DNA from: Myxococcales bacterium
GTDB lineage: Bacteria > Myxococcota_A > Polyangia > Polyangiales > Ga0077539
Assembly: GCA_013298625.1 (NCBI GenBank)
Contig: JAAFIF010000032.1
Span: 17,329 to 81,328 of the forward strand
Reading direction: 5' to 3'
Length of the DNA: 64,000 bases
Positions 44,596 to 54,605 of this stretch are shown here, one piece after another. Under the pieces are notes generated by a model. That model did not search any database. It was not told the DNA's origin and was given only the letters and a program-made list of their open reading frames with translations. The stretch's first letter is position 1. Every line of letters begins with the position of its first letter. A program made the translations under genes and the position numbers.

Positions 44596-45066
44596 TCAGC
44601 CGCTGGACGGCGCGACGACGAACTCGCCGCAGCTCGGGTGCTGAATCCGTCCGCGAAACACCCCGTCGGCGCCGATGCGGCCGCGCATCCCGACCATGAC
44701 GTAGTTCTCGGGGCGCGCGATCCACGCGACGGGGACGAGCTCGAGCTGGCCGCTCGCGCCGCGGGTTCCGCGCATCGAGTAGCGGCCGCGCACGCTCGTC
44801 GGAGCGAAGTGAAAATCGAACACGGCTTCGACGCTGTTCGCGCCGGTCGATCGCAGCTCGAGCACGAGGTCGGTCCATCCCTGCGCGCACAAATACCGCC
44901 CCACCATGCGCCCCGATGGCTGCTGCGCGCGCGGCGCGGGCGAGCGTCGCGTCGGAGGTGGCGGAGGCGAAGACTCACCAGCCGCAGCGAACGACACGCT
45001 CCCGCCGCCGAGCACGCTGACCACCCAGAGCGACAACCACAGCGTCGAGCGAGCGCGGAGCAACAT
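44596..45066 (-). CDS. small secreted hypothetical protein
   Basis: ATG 45066 lies in the frame of ORF 44596..45801. It has a signal peptide (MLLRARSTLWLSLWVVSVLGG) and a poly-Pro linker. Confidence 0.55.
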   Translation of the reverse strand: MLLRARSTLWLSLWVVSVLGGGSVSFAAAGESSPPPPPTRRSPAPRAQQPSGRMVGRYLCAQGWTDLVLELRSTGANSVEAVFDFHFAPTSVRGRYSMRGTRGASGQLELVPVAWIARPENYVMVGMRGRIGADGVFRGRIQHPSCGEFVVAPSSG

Positions 45067-45113
45067 CGTGTTCGCGACAGTAGCAGCCCCACGCGCGCCT
45101 CGCAGCCGAGCGC

Positions 45114-46070
45114 TCAGCGCGGGTCGCTGCCGCAGGCGTCGAGCCACTCGAGCATCGCTTTGATGCTCCCGCGCGCCATCGCCACGCACGAGTCCGCCGC
45201 GCCGTAGTAGAGATGCAGCGTGTCGCCGTCGTCTTCGACCGTGTATCCGCAGGGAAACACCACGTACCCCACGTCTCCTTCGCGCTCGTAGGTGGCCTCT
45301 GGGCCGAACACCCACTCGTCGCCGCGCAAGATGCACACGTTGGGATGCTCGCGGTCGAGCAGCGCGAGGCCGAGCCGATACAAGCTGCCCGCCGCGGTGT
45401 GCCGCACGCCGTGATAGATCATCAGCCACCCGCGCTCGGTCTCGATCAACGGCGGCGAGAGCCCCACTTTGTTCGCGTCCCACCACGCGCCCTTGCGCGC
45501 AAGCAACACCAGCTTGTGCCCGCCCCAGTTGCGCAGGTCGGGCGAGTACGAGATCCACACGTGCGCGCCGGACTCGTGCATCGGTCGATGGATCAGCGCC
45601 CAGTGACCGTCGATCCGATGCGGCAAGAGCGCGGCGTCCTTGTCGTCGGGCTGCATCACAAGGCCGAGGCGCTCGAAGCTGCGAAAATCCTCGGTGAGCG
45701 CGAGCGCGACGCCCGGCCCTCCCTTGCTGAACGCCGTGTACGTCACGGCGTACTTGTTGAGCTCGGAGACCCACGTGATGCGCGGGTCTTCGATGCCCCA
45801 CAGCTCTTCGGGAAACTCATCGGGCCTCGCGCTCATCGTGGGCTCGGCGTCGATCACCCAGTGATCCACGCCGTTGGCCGAGCGCGCTGCGCACAGGTGC
45901 GAGTGACCGCGGTGGTCTTCGACGCGGCACAAGAGCAGGGTCGTTCCGTCGCGCAGGCGGGTGGCCGCGGGGTTGAAGACGGTGTGAATCGGGTACGGCC
46001 AGTCGGCAGCGCACAGGATCGGGTTGTTGGGTTCGCGAGTGAGCAGCGCCGGGCGCGGCCCGGGCCTCAC
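45114..46070 (-). CDS. glycoside hydrolase family 130 (beta-mannoside phosphorylase-like)
   Basis: GTG 46070 overlaps the upstream TGA (GTGA). NPILCAADWPYPIHTVFNPAA, EDPRITW, DKDAALLPHRIDGHWALIHRP and GWLMIYHGV are GH130-like. Confidence 0.8.
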   Translation of the reverse strand: MRPGPRPALLTREPNNPILCAADWPYPIHTVFNPAATRLRDGTTLLLCRVEDHRGHSHLCAARSANGVDHWVIDAEPTMSARPDEFPEELWGIEDPRITWVSELNKYAVTYTAFSKGGPGVALALTEDFRSFERLGLVMQPDDKDAALLPHRIDGHWALIHRPMHESGAHVWISYSPDLRNWGGHKLVLLARKGAWWDANKVGLSPPLIETERGWLMIYHGVRHTAAGSLYRLGLALLDREHPNVCILRGDEWVFGPEATYEREGDVGYVVFPCGYTVEDDGDTLHLYYGAADSCVAMARGSIKAMLEWLDACGSDPR

Positions 46071-48508
46071 GCGCTCACCGCCGCCATCGCGCTCTGGCTG
46101 CTCGCGCGGCGCTCTTCGCTCTCGGCTCGGAGGGCGACCTCGCGCTCTGCGAGGCGCAGCTCGAGCAGCGCCATCGTAAACGAGAGCGTCGACTCGGCGC
46201 CCTGGTTCTCGTTGACGCTCTCGGCGTGAAGCCCGTCGCGGCAGCCTCCGGTCGCCGGGTCGTAGAGCGACTCTCGCCGGTGATTTTGCCCGACGAACCA
46301 ATAGAAGAGCCACCGCGCTTGCTCGGACCAGAAGCGCTGCCCGGTGACCCTTCGCGCGGTCAAGCACGCAGAGAGCATCGCGCCCGCTTCGACCGGCTGC
46401 TGGTCGAACTCGGCCTTGTGACCGTCCTTCACGTAGAAGCCGTTCGAGCCGATGGGCGCGAAGCAGCCGTCGTTCGAGCGCTGGACGCTGAGCAGCCACT
46501 CGAGCGAGCGAAGAGCAGCGTCCACCATGTCGCTTCGCCCGAGGCGCGCGCCGCTCGTGAGCAGCGCCTGCGAGAGCCGCGCGTTGCAGTAGGTCAAGCT
46601 GTGCTCGAACCACGGCCACGTCGCGCTCTGCGACGCTTCGAAGCGCGCGTAGAGCGCCTGCGCGAGCGCGGCGCGCACGGACTCGACCTCCGCCTCTTGC
46701 CCGAACGCGAGCGCGTACTCGTCGATGCCGAGCAGCGTATACGCCCACGCGCGGGGGCTCTCGAACGCTGGCGTCGCGGGCAGCCCGTTGAGAAACAGCC
46801 CTCGCGCGGCGCGGCGTCGCGGCCCGTCGGTCGATCGCCCCACCAGCGACCCGAGCGCCCACAGCGAGCGCCCGTGGCTGTCCTCGGAGCCGACGCGCTC
46901 GGTCCATCCGCGTTGGTACGAGAGAAAGTTGCGAAACCGCCCGCTCGATCGGTCGAACGCGTGGCTGACGAACGCGAGGTACCGCCCCGCCAGCGAGCGA
47001 ATCTCGCTGAGCGGCTCGGCGCCGGACTCTTCAGCGAGCACCATCGCGCGCAGCCCGCGGGCGTTGTCGTCGACGCAGTAGCCGTCGTCGTAGCTGGGCA
47101 CGTCGAAGGTCGCGTGCTGCAAGAGCCCAGTGTCGTCGGTCATCGCGCGCAAATGAACGAGGTTGAGCTCGGGCAAGTCCGCCGGGCGCATCGTGAGCGT
47201 GGGCGAGTACGACGAGGGCGTGCGGCTCTTGTAGTCGGTCATCGCGCGCTCGAAGGACGCTGCGTACGAGCGCGCGACGACGGGCCAGGTCATCGCTTTG
47301 CCGTAGCTCGCGGCCTTCGCTTGCATGGCGAGGCGCGCGGTCTCGTCGCCGAGCAGCGCGCACACAGCGTCGGCCGTCGCGCGTCCGTCGCGAAAGGGGA
47401 TGATCACGCCGCGCCCGTCCGCGAGCAGCTCGCGGGCGTAGTGGTAGGGGGTCGAGAGCGTGGCTTTTCCTGCGCCGACCGCGTAGGCGAGGGTGCCCGA
47501 GGTGATCTGCTCTTCGTTGAGGTAGGGCGTGATGTACACGTCCGCCGCAGAGAGAAACTGCACGAGCTCGTCGTGGCCGACGAAGCGGTTGTGAAACACG
47601 ATGTTCGACGCGACGCCGAGCTTCTTGGCGCGCTCTTCGAGCAGCAGCCGATACGTCTCGCCGTGCTGCTCTTTCACGTGCGGGTGCGTCGCGCCGAGCA
47701 CGAGGTACACGACGTCGGGGTGTCGCGCGATGATCGCGGGCAGCGCGTCGATCACGTGCTCGATGCCCTTGTCCGGCGAGAGCAACCCGAACGTCATGAT
47801 CACGGTCTTCTTGTCGAGCCCGAGCTTCGCCTTGCTCGCCGCCACCTGCGGAAACACCGGAATCCCGTGCGGAATCACGTCGATCCTCGCGTCGCGCGCC
47901 CGATACACGTCGCGCAGGATGCGCGCCCCGTGCTCGCTCATCACCACCACGCGCTCGGAGCGCTGCAGGATCTCGTCGAGCACCGCGCGCTGCGCGAGGT
48001 CGGGCCGCGAGAGGATGGTGTGCAGCGTCGTCACGGTGGGGATGCGCAGCTCGCGCAAGAGGGCGAGCACGTGGCTCCCTGCCCTTCCGCCGAAGATCCC
48101 GAACTCGTGCTGCAGCGACAGGGCGTCGGCCCCGCTGGCGTTGAGAAAATCCGCGGCGCGCTGGTAGGCGCCGAGGTCTGCTTCGGCGAGCGAGAAGCGC
48201 ACGCGATCGGGGTAGGCGTGGCGGTTTCCCTTGTCGTTCATCGCGAGCACGAAGCAGTCGAGCTCGTCGTATTCGCGCTGGAGGGCGTCGGTGAGGTCCG
48301 AGGTAAACGTCGCGATTCCACACTGGCGCGGCATGTGATTGCCGAGCACGGCGAGCTTGCGAATCGCTCCGCTGCGTAGCCTGTTCTGGTCGATGAGGGC
48401 TCCAATCGAGCGCGCGTGTTCACGAAGAAACGTCGCGCTCTCGACCGTCACGCCCGACGCTCGATTCGCGGAGGATCGGCAGTATGGGCGCAACGCCCCG
48501 CGATGCAA
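46067..48508 (-). CDS. GT4-family glycosyltransferase fused to a C-terminal alpha/alpha-toroid-like domain
   Basis: The GT4 core runs from KLAVLGNHMPRQCGIATFT to FVGHDELVQFLSAADVYITPYLNEEQITSGTLAYAVGAGKATLSTP. The C-terminal 400 aa or so form a helical domain. The start is uncertain: 48508 or GTG 48451. Confidence 0.8.
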   Translation of the reverse strand: MHRGALRPYCRSSANRASGVTVESATFLREHARSIGALIDQNRLRSGAIRKLAVLGNHMPRQCGIATFTSDLTDALQREYDELDCFVLAMNDKGNRHAYPDRVRFSLAEADLGAYQRAADFLNASGADALSLQHEFGIFGGRAGSHVLALLRELRIPTVTTLHTILSRPDLAQRAVLDEILQRSERVVVMSEHGARILRDVYRARDARIDVIPHGIPVFPQVAASKAKLGLDKKTVIMTFGLLSPDKGIEHVIDALPAIIARHPDVVYLVLGATHPHVKEQHGETYRLLLEERAKKLGVASNIVFHNRFVGHDELVQFLSAADVYITPYLNEEQITSGTLAYAVGAGKATLSTPYHYARELLADGRGVIIPFRDGRATADAVCALLGDETARLAMQAKAASYGKAMTWPVVARSYAASFERAMTDYKSRTPSSYSPTLTMRPADLPELNLVHLRAMTDDTGLLQHATFDVPSYDDGYCVDDNARGLRAMVLAEESGAEPLSEIRSLAGRYLAFVSHAFDRSSGRFRNFLSYQRGWTERVGSEDSHGRSLWALGSLVGRSTDGPRRRAARGLFLNGLPATPAFESPRAWAYTLLGIDEYALAFGQEAEVESVRAALAQALYARFEASQSATWPWFEHSLTYCNARLSQALLTSGARLGRSDMVDAALRSLEWLLSVQRSNDGCFAPIGSNGFYVKDGHKAEFDQQPVEAGAMLSACLTARRVTGQRFWSEQARWLFYWFVGQNHRRESLYDPATGGCRDGLHAESVNENQGAESTLSFTMALLELRLAEREVALRAESEERRASSQSAMAAVSA

Positions 48509-48743
48509 CGACCGCCCGGGCGCAGCGCGCGTGCACGCGTTGCGCGCGCGACGCCGCAGAGAGTACGAGCGCGTATATTCGCAGAGCAGCCCGAGCTCGC
48601 GATTCGTTGATCACATTCGGCGAACAATAGCGGGCCGACTGCATTCAACGGTCACCGCACGCCGAATGCTACCGAAGCGCTCGCCGCGAACCGAGCGCTC
48701 GTACGATCCACAATCGCCCCCCGTCACGCAGTACTGTTGCCCG

Positions 48744-49613
48744 ATGACAACAGTCTCGCTCGACGCGGTGCGGGTCTTTCAAGTGGTCGCGCAAGAGCAG
48801 AGCTTCACCCGCGCGGCGCAGAAGCTGCGGCTCGATAAATCGCACGTGAGCCGAACGGTGCGCGCGCTCGAGGCGCAGATGGGCCTCGCGCTGCTCGTTC
48901 GAAGCACGCGCTCGGTCAAGCCCACGGCCGAAGGAGAGGCCTTGCTCGCCAAGATCGCCCCGCACATCGCGGAGATCGAAGGCGCCGTCGCCACCACGCC
49001 CGAGAAGGCCAACACCCCCAGCGGAGAGGTCGTCGTCACCACGACGCCAGACCTCGGACGGGCGCTGCTCGCGCCGTCGCTCGTGCGGTTTCGCGCGAGG
49101 TTTCCTGCGGTGCGCGCGCGGGTGCTGCTCTCGTACGAAATGGTGGACCTCATGCGCGACGGCGTCGACCTCGCGCTGCGCATCGGACGCCCCGGCGCCG
49201 ACGCGCTGATCGCTCGCAAGCTCTGCGACCTCTCGGCGGGCTTCTTCGCCGCCCCTGCGTACCTGCAGCGCCGCTCGACGCCCCGCGCCGTCGAAGACCT
49301 CGCCCACCACGACGGCCTGTGGCCCATCCCGCCGAAGGGTCAGCGCTCGTTCGCGGCGCTCTCGCCGAGGCCGCCCGCCATCGAGTGCGCCGACTTCACC
49401 CTGCTCGCCGACTGCGCCCGCGCAGGCGGCGGAATCGCCATGCTCCCGCTCGTCCTCGCCGCCGCGGACCTCGCGACCGGGGCGCTCGTTCGCGTGCTGC
49501 CCGAGCTCTCGCTCGGCGGCGCGCCGCTCTACCTCGTCTCGCGCCCGCTCAAGCCCCTGCCCGCCCGCGTCCAAGCGCTGCGCAGCTTTCTGCTCGAAGA
49601 CGCGCGAGCGTAG
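48744..49613 (+). CDS. LysR-family transcriptional regulator
   Basis: ATG 48744. HTH segment LDAVRVFQVVAQEQSFTRAAQKLRLDKSHVSRTVRALE, plus a substrate-binding domain. Confidence 0.9.
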   Translation: MTTVSLDAVRVFQVVAQEQSFTRAAQKLRLDKSHVSRTVRALEAQMGLALLVRSTRSVKPTAEGEALLAKIAPHIAEIEGAVATTPEKANTPSGEVVVTTTPDLGRALLAPSLVRFRARFPAVRARVLLSYEMVDLMRDGVDLALRIGRPGADALIARKLCDLSAGFFAAPAYLQRRSTPRAVEDLAHHDGLWPIPPKGQRSFAALSPRPPAIECADFTLLADCARAGGGIAMLPLVLAAADLATGALVRVLPELSLGGAPLYLVSRPLKPLPARVQALRSFLLEDARA

Positions 49614-49614
49614 C

Positions 49615-50232
49615 TCAGCGCACGGTGGGCGCGCGGTCGAACGTGCGCGCGGCGAACAGCGTCGCCACCTCGCGGTTGCGCACCCACGGAGCGTCGCCCT
49701 TGTTGAGCTCGACCGTCTCGGTCAGCCGCCCGCCCTCGTAGTCGTACTGCTGCGTGATGCGATAGCGGTCGAACGGCGCCATCGAGCTCACGCCCGCCGC
49801 GGCGAAGCGCAGCTCGGACCGCCGAAACTCACGGTCGCTCGTCCCGTCGCCGTCGCCGAGCGTCGTCCTGACGTTGGCCCGCAGCGGCGCGGCGGGCTCG
49901 GTCGCGCGCCAGTCGATCTGAAAGAAGTACGTCTGCGCGCGCTCGCCCGCGCTTCCGTCGTACGCGGGGTGTCGTCGTCGCATGGACTTCACGGACTCCC
50001 AGCGGTCGCCCATCCGTCGCTGCTCGACGCTGAACTCGTAGTCGAACTCCGGTCGCCGCACCCAACGGCCGCCTTCGAAGCGCTCGCACTCTCCGCGACC
50101 GACCCACACCAACGTGAGCTCTGCCTGCGCCTGCGGCGCAGACGTCAACGGAACCCACGGCCTCGCCGTCGCGCAGCCGCTCACCGCGCCCAACGCCAAC
50201 GCAATGGCCAATACCCATGCAGCTCTTCTCAT
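49615..50232 (-). CDS. lipoprotein, function unknown
   Basis: ATG 50232 (MRRAAWVLAIALALGAVSGC), in the frame of ORF 49615..50328. Confidence 0.65.
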   Translation of the reverse strand: MRRAAWVLAIALALGAVSGCATARPWVPLTSAPQAQAELTLVWVGRGECERFEGGRWVRRPEFDYEFSVEQRRMGDRWESVKSMRRRHPAYDGSAGERAQTYFFQIDWRATEPAAPLRANVRTTLGDGDGTSDREFRRSELRFAAAGVSSMAPFDRYRITQQYDYEGGRLTETVELNKGDAPWVRNREVATLFAARTFDRAPTVR

Positions 50233-50421
50233 GACTCGCTCCAGTTCGGCACCAGCGCCCAGCGCGACCGGTGACGCACACAGAGGTAGTCGCGCGGACG
50301 TGCTGCAACAATCCACGCAGTCGTCCATTCACTGTTGTCGCCGAACAACAATCTTCCCGCCGCCGAGCGCGCGCCGCGCGTGGCTGACGACGCGCCGCCG
50401 ATCGCTCTATGATCGCTCGCA

Positions 50422-50901
50422 GTGAGCAAGAGCGACGTCGATGCATCGGTCCTCGAACTGCCCGCGCGCGAGCCCTGGCCGACGGAGGCAGAAGCCCTCG
50501 CGCGGCGCTGCGCCGCGGTGACGACCCTCGCCGTGGACGCCTACGGCTTGCGCGAACTGCATGCGGGCCGCCCGTTCGATGCCCGCTCGCAGGGCTTCTT
50601 CGCGCGGCTCTCTCGCGCGCCGGACTCGGACCTTCTGCACGCTCCGTCGCGGGCGCACGTGCTGGGAGCGCTGGTCGAAGCCGCGACGTTGGGCGAGCGA
50701 CTCGGGCCGCCCGCGCTCGCGCTGATCGACGAGGTCCTTGCGCTCGACGCGCTGCGGTCACGGTATCCATCGCTCACCACCGTGCGCGTGTTCGCTTCGA
50801 CCGGGACGCTGCGCGCGCCGACGCGAGAGCAGCACGCAGCGCTCTTCGCGCTGGTCGACGCGCTGTCCGAGCGCGGGGTCCGGGTCGAGTTCGAAGACTG
50901 A
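50422..50901 (+). CDS. hypothetical protein
   Basis: 159-aa ORF with a GTG start, high third-position GC and normal composition. I recognised no family. Confidence 0.5.
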   Translation: MSKSDVDASVLELPAREPWPTEAEALARRCAAVTTLAVDAYGLRELHAGRPFDARSQGFFARLSRAPDSDLLHAPSRAHVLGALVEAATLGERLGPPALALIDEVLALDALRSRYPSLTTVRVFASTGTLRAPTREQHAALFALVDALSERGVRVEFED

Positions 50902-50943
50902 GCCACGACGGGAGTGCGCAGCGCCAGCGGCCGCTCGCCTCGC

Positions 50944-51384
50944 TCAGCGCGAATCGCCGACGAAATGCTCGCGCAGCTCGCGCTCTCGCGACTCGATGTC
51001 GGACACGGGCATCACCAGCACGCGCGAGGCGGCCTCGTCGCCGAGCCGCTCGCGCAGGAGGCCCTGCACGACGCTGGCGCCTGCGATCTTCACGGGCATG
51101 AGCGCGCGTCGCGGACGAGCGCAGGGCAAGAAGCGCTCGATGAGATCGATTCCAGTGACCGCGCCAGTCGCGTGAAAGGGGATCACGAGCTGATCGTCGA
51201 TCCCCCGGCCGCGGAAGTAGCGCTCGATCTGCGCGAGGTCGAGGGGCTCGCGAAACACCTCGCCGACCGACGCGCCCGCGCGCAGCAGGCTCGCCTCGAC
51301 CTTCGTGCGCACGCTCTCTTCGTAGGGGCGAACAAAGGACACGCGAAACAAGGGCGCGCCCGAGAGTTTGGTTGGCGGCTTCAT
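50944..51384 (-). CDS. hypothetical protein
   Basis: ATG 51384 (MKPPTKLSGAPLFRVSFVRPYEE...), in the frame of ORF 50944..51453. I recognised no family. Confidence 0.5.
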   Translation of the reverse strand: MKPPTKLSGAPLFRVSFVRPYEESVRTKVEASLLRAGASVGEVFREPLDLAQIERYFRGRGIDDQLVIPFHATGAVTGIDLIERFLPCARPRRALMPVKIAGASVVQGLLRERLGDEAASRVLVMPVSDIESRERELREHFVGDSR

Positions 51385-51506
51385 CGTCGACTCTGGGGAA
51401 ACGGGTCGGCGCGAGGCTCGCGCGTCGAGACTCTCGTAGCACTTCACGCGCACCGCGACGATGCCTCGCTCGTGACAGCTGTGGCACCCTCGCGAGAGAA
51501 GAAGAG

Positions 51507-53264
51507 ATGTTCGGGTACGCGATCGACGGGCAGCACTTTCTCTATCAAGACGGCTACGGGCTCACGCGGCTCACCCTGCCTCGCGCGGTGAAGACCGATC
51601 GAGCGCTGGCGGGGACGCGGCTCGACGTGTGCGGCGCGCTCGGCGTGGCGCGGCGACGCTACGATCGGCTCGCGGCGTTCGACCCGGTCACGCTCGAGAA
51701 GCGACCGCTGCCTGTGGGCGAGTACGGCTCTTTTGCCCCGCACAACAACGGCTCGCATTTCATCGACTACGGCAGCGGAACACCGCGGCTGATCGACGCC
51801 GCCACCAACGCCGCCATCGTGCTCGCGTGCGACGAAGCCGTCCCCGAGCTCGCGCCCTTCGAGCTCGGCCGCCCGTGGCCGCGCACCGAGTACGCGCACA
51901 ACGCCGCGCGCTGCCCGATGGACGGGCCTGCGCTGGTGCTGCAGGCGAACACCAAGGAGGGAGGCGGGCAGCTCTTCGGCGTGGACCTGACGTCGCCCGA
52001 GACGCCGAGGTTTCTCTGGCGTGCGCGCGCGCAGCGGCCGGTGGGCACGCTCTCGCTCGAGCCGGGCAGCGCGCGCTCGTTTGTGCACGCGTTCGACCCG
52101 GGGCTGCGTCGCGCGGTGATCTACGCGATCGATCACAGCACGCTCGCCGTCGAGCGCAGAGAGCTGCCTTCGCTGGTCGCTCCGGCCTGGTCGGGCACGC
52201 GTTGGTGCTTCGTCGACGAAGGCGGCGCCGTGTGCTCAGCCTCGTGGGACGCGCTCGACGCGCCGCAACGCTGGACCCTTCCTGCCGGCGTCGAGCCGTA
52301 CGGAACGCTCCTCTGCCACCACGACACCACGCTCTTCGTCCCTCGCGACGGCGAGAGCTTCATCGACGTCCGCGAGAAGAAATCCATCCCCCGCAAGCTC
52401 GCCGCGGGCGAGTCGTCCATGCGCGCGGTCGTCAACAACGAGGTCGAGCGCTACGACCGCTGGCTCGCCGAAGATGGCGGACGACTGGCTTGCGTCCACG
52501 CCGAGCGCAACAAGCGCTCGGGCGCCATCGAGTGGTCCGCGCTGTGGGACGTCGGGACCGGGTCCCTCTCGTCGCACCTCGCGGTCGGCGAGCTGGTCGA
52601 GGCGTCGCGCGAGCGCAACGCCGGGAGCGAGCCGACGACGTTCTCGGGCGTCTCGAGCTCGCGCGGGCTGCGGCACAACACGCTCGACGACGTTCGCGCG
52701 GCGTTCTCTGCGCTCGATCGCCGAGGAGGCAAGCTCGTGCGCGCGCTCAGCATGCTGCGCTACCCGCTCGCGGCCTGGTTCGAGCCGGCGCACAACGACG
52801 CCGCCCGACGCGGGCTCGCGCGGCCCGAGCGAGCGTTCTCGGTCGAAGCCGCGACGGTGCTGCTGCGCGCAGCGTTCGCGCAGAGCGCTGTTCGCGAGCG
52901 GCTGCAGCTCGCGCCGCGCGTCGACGAGTGGGCGGCGCAGCGCTGGACCGCCGACGAGCTGGCTGCGCAGCGCTTCGACCCTGCCCCCTTCGAGCACCCG
53001 CAAATCGGCGAGCACGAGCACCCGCACGCGATGGCCTACGTCGCGCTCGACCTGCTCGGCGCCGACGCGCTGCCCGTCCTCATCCGATGGCTCGTCGAAG
53101 CGCCCTTGTTCTTTGCGGCGCACAACCCGCACATCATCGGCGCCGTCGCCGCGCGAATGATGCAGTACTACCCCGAGACCGAGCTGCCCTTCGTCGACGC
53201 GTGCGCCCGCAGCCAAGAGCAAGGGCAGCGAATCATGCAGAGCGCGACGATGACCGCTCGGTGA
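51507..53264 (+). CDS. large hypothetical protein
   Basis: ATG 51507, preceded by GAGAGAAGAAGAG. It is 585 aa, with a beta-rich N-terminal half and a helical C-terminal half. I recognised no family. Confidence 0.65.
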   Translation: MFGYAIDGQHFLYQDGYGLTRLTLPRAVKTDRALAGTRLDVCGALGVARRRYDRLAAFDPVTLEKRPLPVGEYGSFAPHNNGSHFIDYGSGTPRLIDAATNAAIVLACDEAVPELAPFELGRPWPRTEYAHNAARCPMDGPALVLQANTKEGGGQLFGVDLTSPETPRFLWRARAQRPVGTLSLEPGSARSFVHAFDPGLRRAVIYAIDHSTLAVERRELPSLVAPAWSGTRWCFVDEGGAVCSASWDALDAPQRWTLPAGVEPYGTLLCHHDTTLFVPRDGESFIDVREKKSIPRKLAAGESSMRAVVNNEVERYDRWLAEDGGRLACVHAERNKRSGAIEWSALWDVGTGSLSSHLAVGELVEASRERNAGSEPTTFSGVSSSRGLRHNTLDDVRAAFSALDRRGGKLVRALSMLRYPLAAWFEPAHNDAARRGLARPERAFSVEAATVLLRAAFAQSAVRERLQLAPRVDEWAAQRWTADELAAQRFDPAPFEHPQIGEHEHPHAMAYVALDLLGADALPVLIRWLVEAPLFFAAHNPHIIGAVAARMMQYYPETELPFVDACARSQEQGQRIMQSATMTAR

Positions 53265-53309
53265 CGGCCGCGCTCGGTATACTGTCAAAGCGACGCCACT
53301 CGCCCCGTC

Positions 53310-53909
53310 ATGCCCGCGACGCTGCCCACCATCGACGAATACCTCTCTGCGCTGCCCAACGCAGAAGCGTCGCACCCCGAGTGCTGCGTGAAGGCCTCGC
53401 TCATCCGCAACGCGCTCGCGGACAAGCCGCTCGGGCGCGAGGTTCCTCTGCCGCCTGCGGTGCGCGCGCTCGTCGACGCGCCGCCGCCGGTGTCCGTGTG
53501 GATCCCCGAGGTGCACTTCAACGTGGTGATGCACGGGATCCGCGACTGGCACTTCGGCGGGCGACGCGAGGACTTCGTCGCGTGGGTGTACAGCCAGAAC
53601 CGCAAGCTGTTCTCGACGACGCTGTACCGGGCGATTTTTCTCGTGGTCTCGCCCGAGCGACTGCTGGTCAACATGGAGAAGCGCTGGGCCTCGCTGCGCT
53701 GCGGAACCGAGCTCACGCATAGGCGGCTCGCGGCCAACGACCTCGAGCTGTCCGTGCGCACGCCGCCGAACCTCTACTCGACGCCGGTCGCCGAGGGCAT
53801 GAGCAACGCGGTCCGCGCCGCGATCGACTCGGCAGGCGCCGAGCAGAGCACGGTCGAGCACCGCATCGTGAGCGCGACCGACGTGCGCTTTCGCGCGCGG
53901 TGGAAGTAG
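53310..53909 (+). CDS. DUF2378 / TIGR02265-family protein, paralogue of 14807..15403
   Basis: 199-aa ORF with LPNAEASHPECCVKAS, PPPVSVWIPEVH and a terminal RFRARWK. Confidence 0.75.
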   Translation: MPATLPTIDEYLSALPNAEASHPECCVKASLIRNALADKPLGREVPLPPAVRALVDAPPPVSVWIPEVHFNVVMHGIRDWHFGGRREDFVAWVYSQNRKLFSTTLYRAIFLVVSPERLLVNMEKRWASLRCGTELTHRRLAANDLELSVRTPPNLYSTPVAEGMSNAVRAAIDSAGAEQSTVEHRIVSATDVRFRARWK

Positions 53910-53978
53910 CGAGCGCGACGAGAACAGCCCCTCGCGCCCCCTTGCGCACGCACACAGTGTTACGGTATTTATCCACCT

Positions 53979-54605
53979 ATGGTGGACCGTCTGGGTGGGT
54001 GTGTCGTGGTCGCGTGCGCGCTCAGCGCGCCGTCGGTGGCGCACGCGCAAGCGCGTGATTCAGTGCTCTCTCGCGAAGCGCGCGAGGCGGAGGAGCAGGC
54101 GACGATCGCGAGCCGACCGACTCGATTGTTGGTGAGCAATCTCGCGGCGCTCGGCGCGACGACGCTGTCCGTCGCGATCCCTGCGCTGACCGACGCTTTG
54201 CCGCGCTCCAGCTGGGCGAGCGCTGTTCGCGTGCACCTCGGCGTGTACGTGAGCGTCGCGACGCTCGCGAGCGTCGGCGCAGCAACGACGGTGTATTGGT
54301 TCTCGGCGCAGTCGATCGGCGGCCGCGGGCAGCTTGGGTTGACCGTGCTCGGCGCAGGCATCGGCATGCTCGCGTCGGTCGCCTCCGTCGCTGCGATCGA
54401 CGAGCGAGCACCGCAGGGCGCGGTCGTCCCAGTGATCTGCATGTCGCTCACCGGGATCATCGGCGCGTCGCTCGGTCACGAGCTCTCGCAGCCGAGCGCG
54501 CAAGACTGGGCCTCCCCCCGGCAGGGTCGCGGGGCGGTGCGGCTGCTTCCGATCGCGTCAGCGTCCCGTGACGGCGTGACGCTCTCGATCGGAGGCACGC
54601 TGTGA
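53979..54605 (+). CDS. hypothetical membrane protein, tandem paralogue 1
   Basis: Signal peptide plus about 4 TM segments. It shares ...LGATTLSV... and a C-terminal ...TLSIGG motif with the next gene. Confidence 0.6.
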   Translation: MVDRLGGCVVVACALSAPSVAHAQARDSVLSREAREAEEQATIASRPTRLLVSNLAALGATTLSVAIPALTDALPRSSWASAVRVHLGVYVSVATLASVGAATTVYWFSAQSIGGRGQLGLTVLGAGIGMLASVASVAAIDERAPQGAVVPVICMSLTGIIGASLGHELSQPSAQDWASPRQGRGAVRLLPIASASRDGVTLSIGGTL

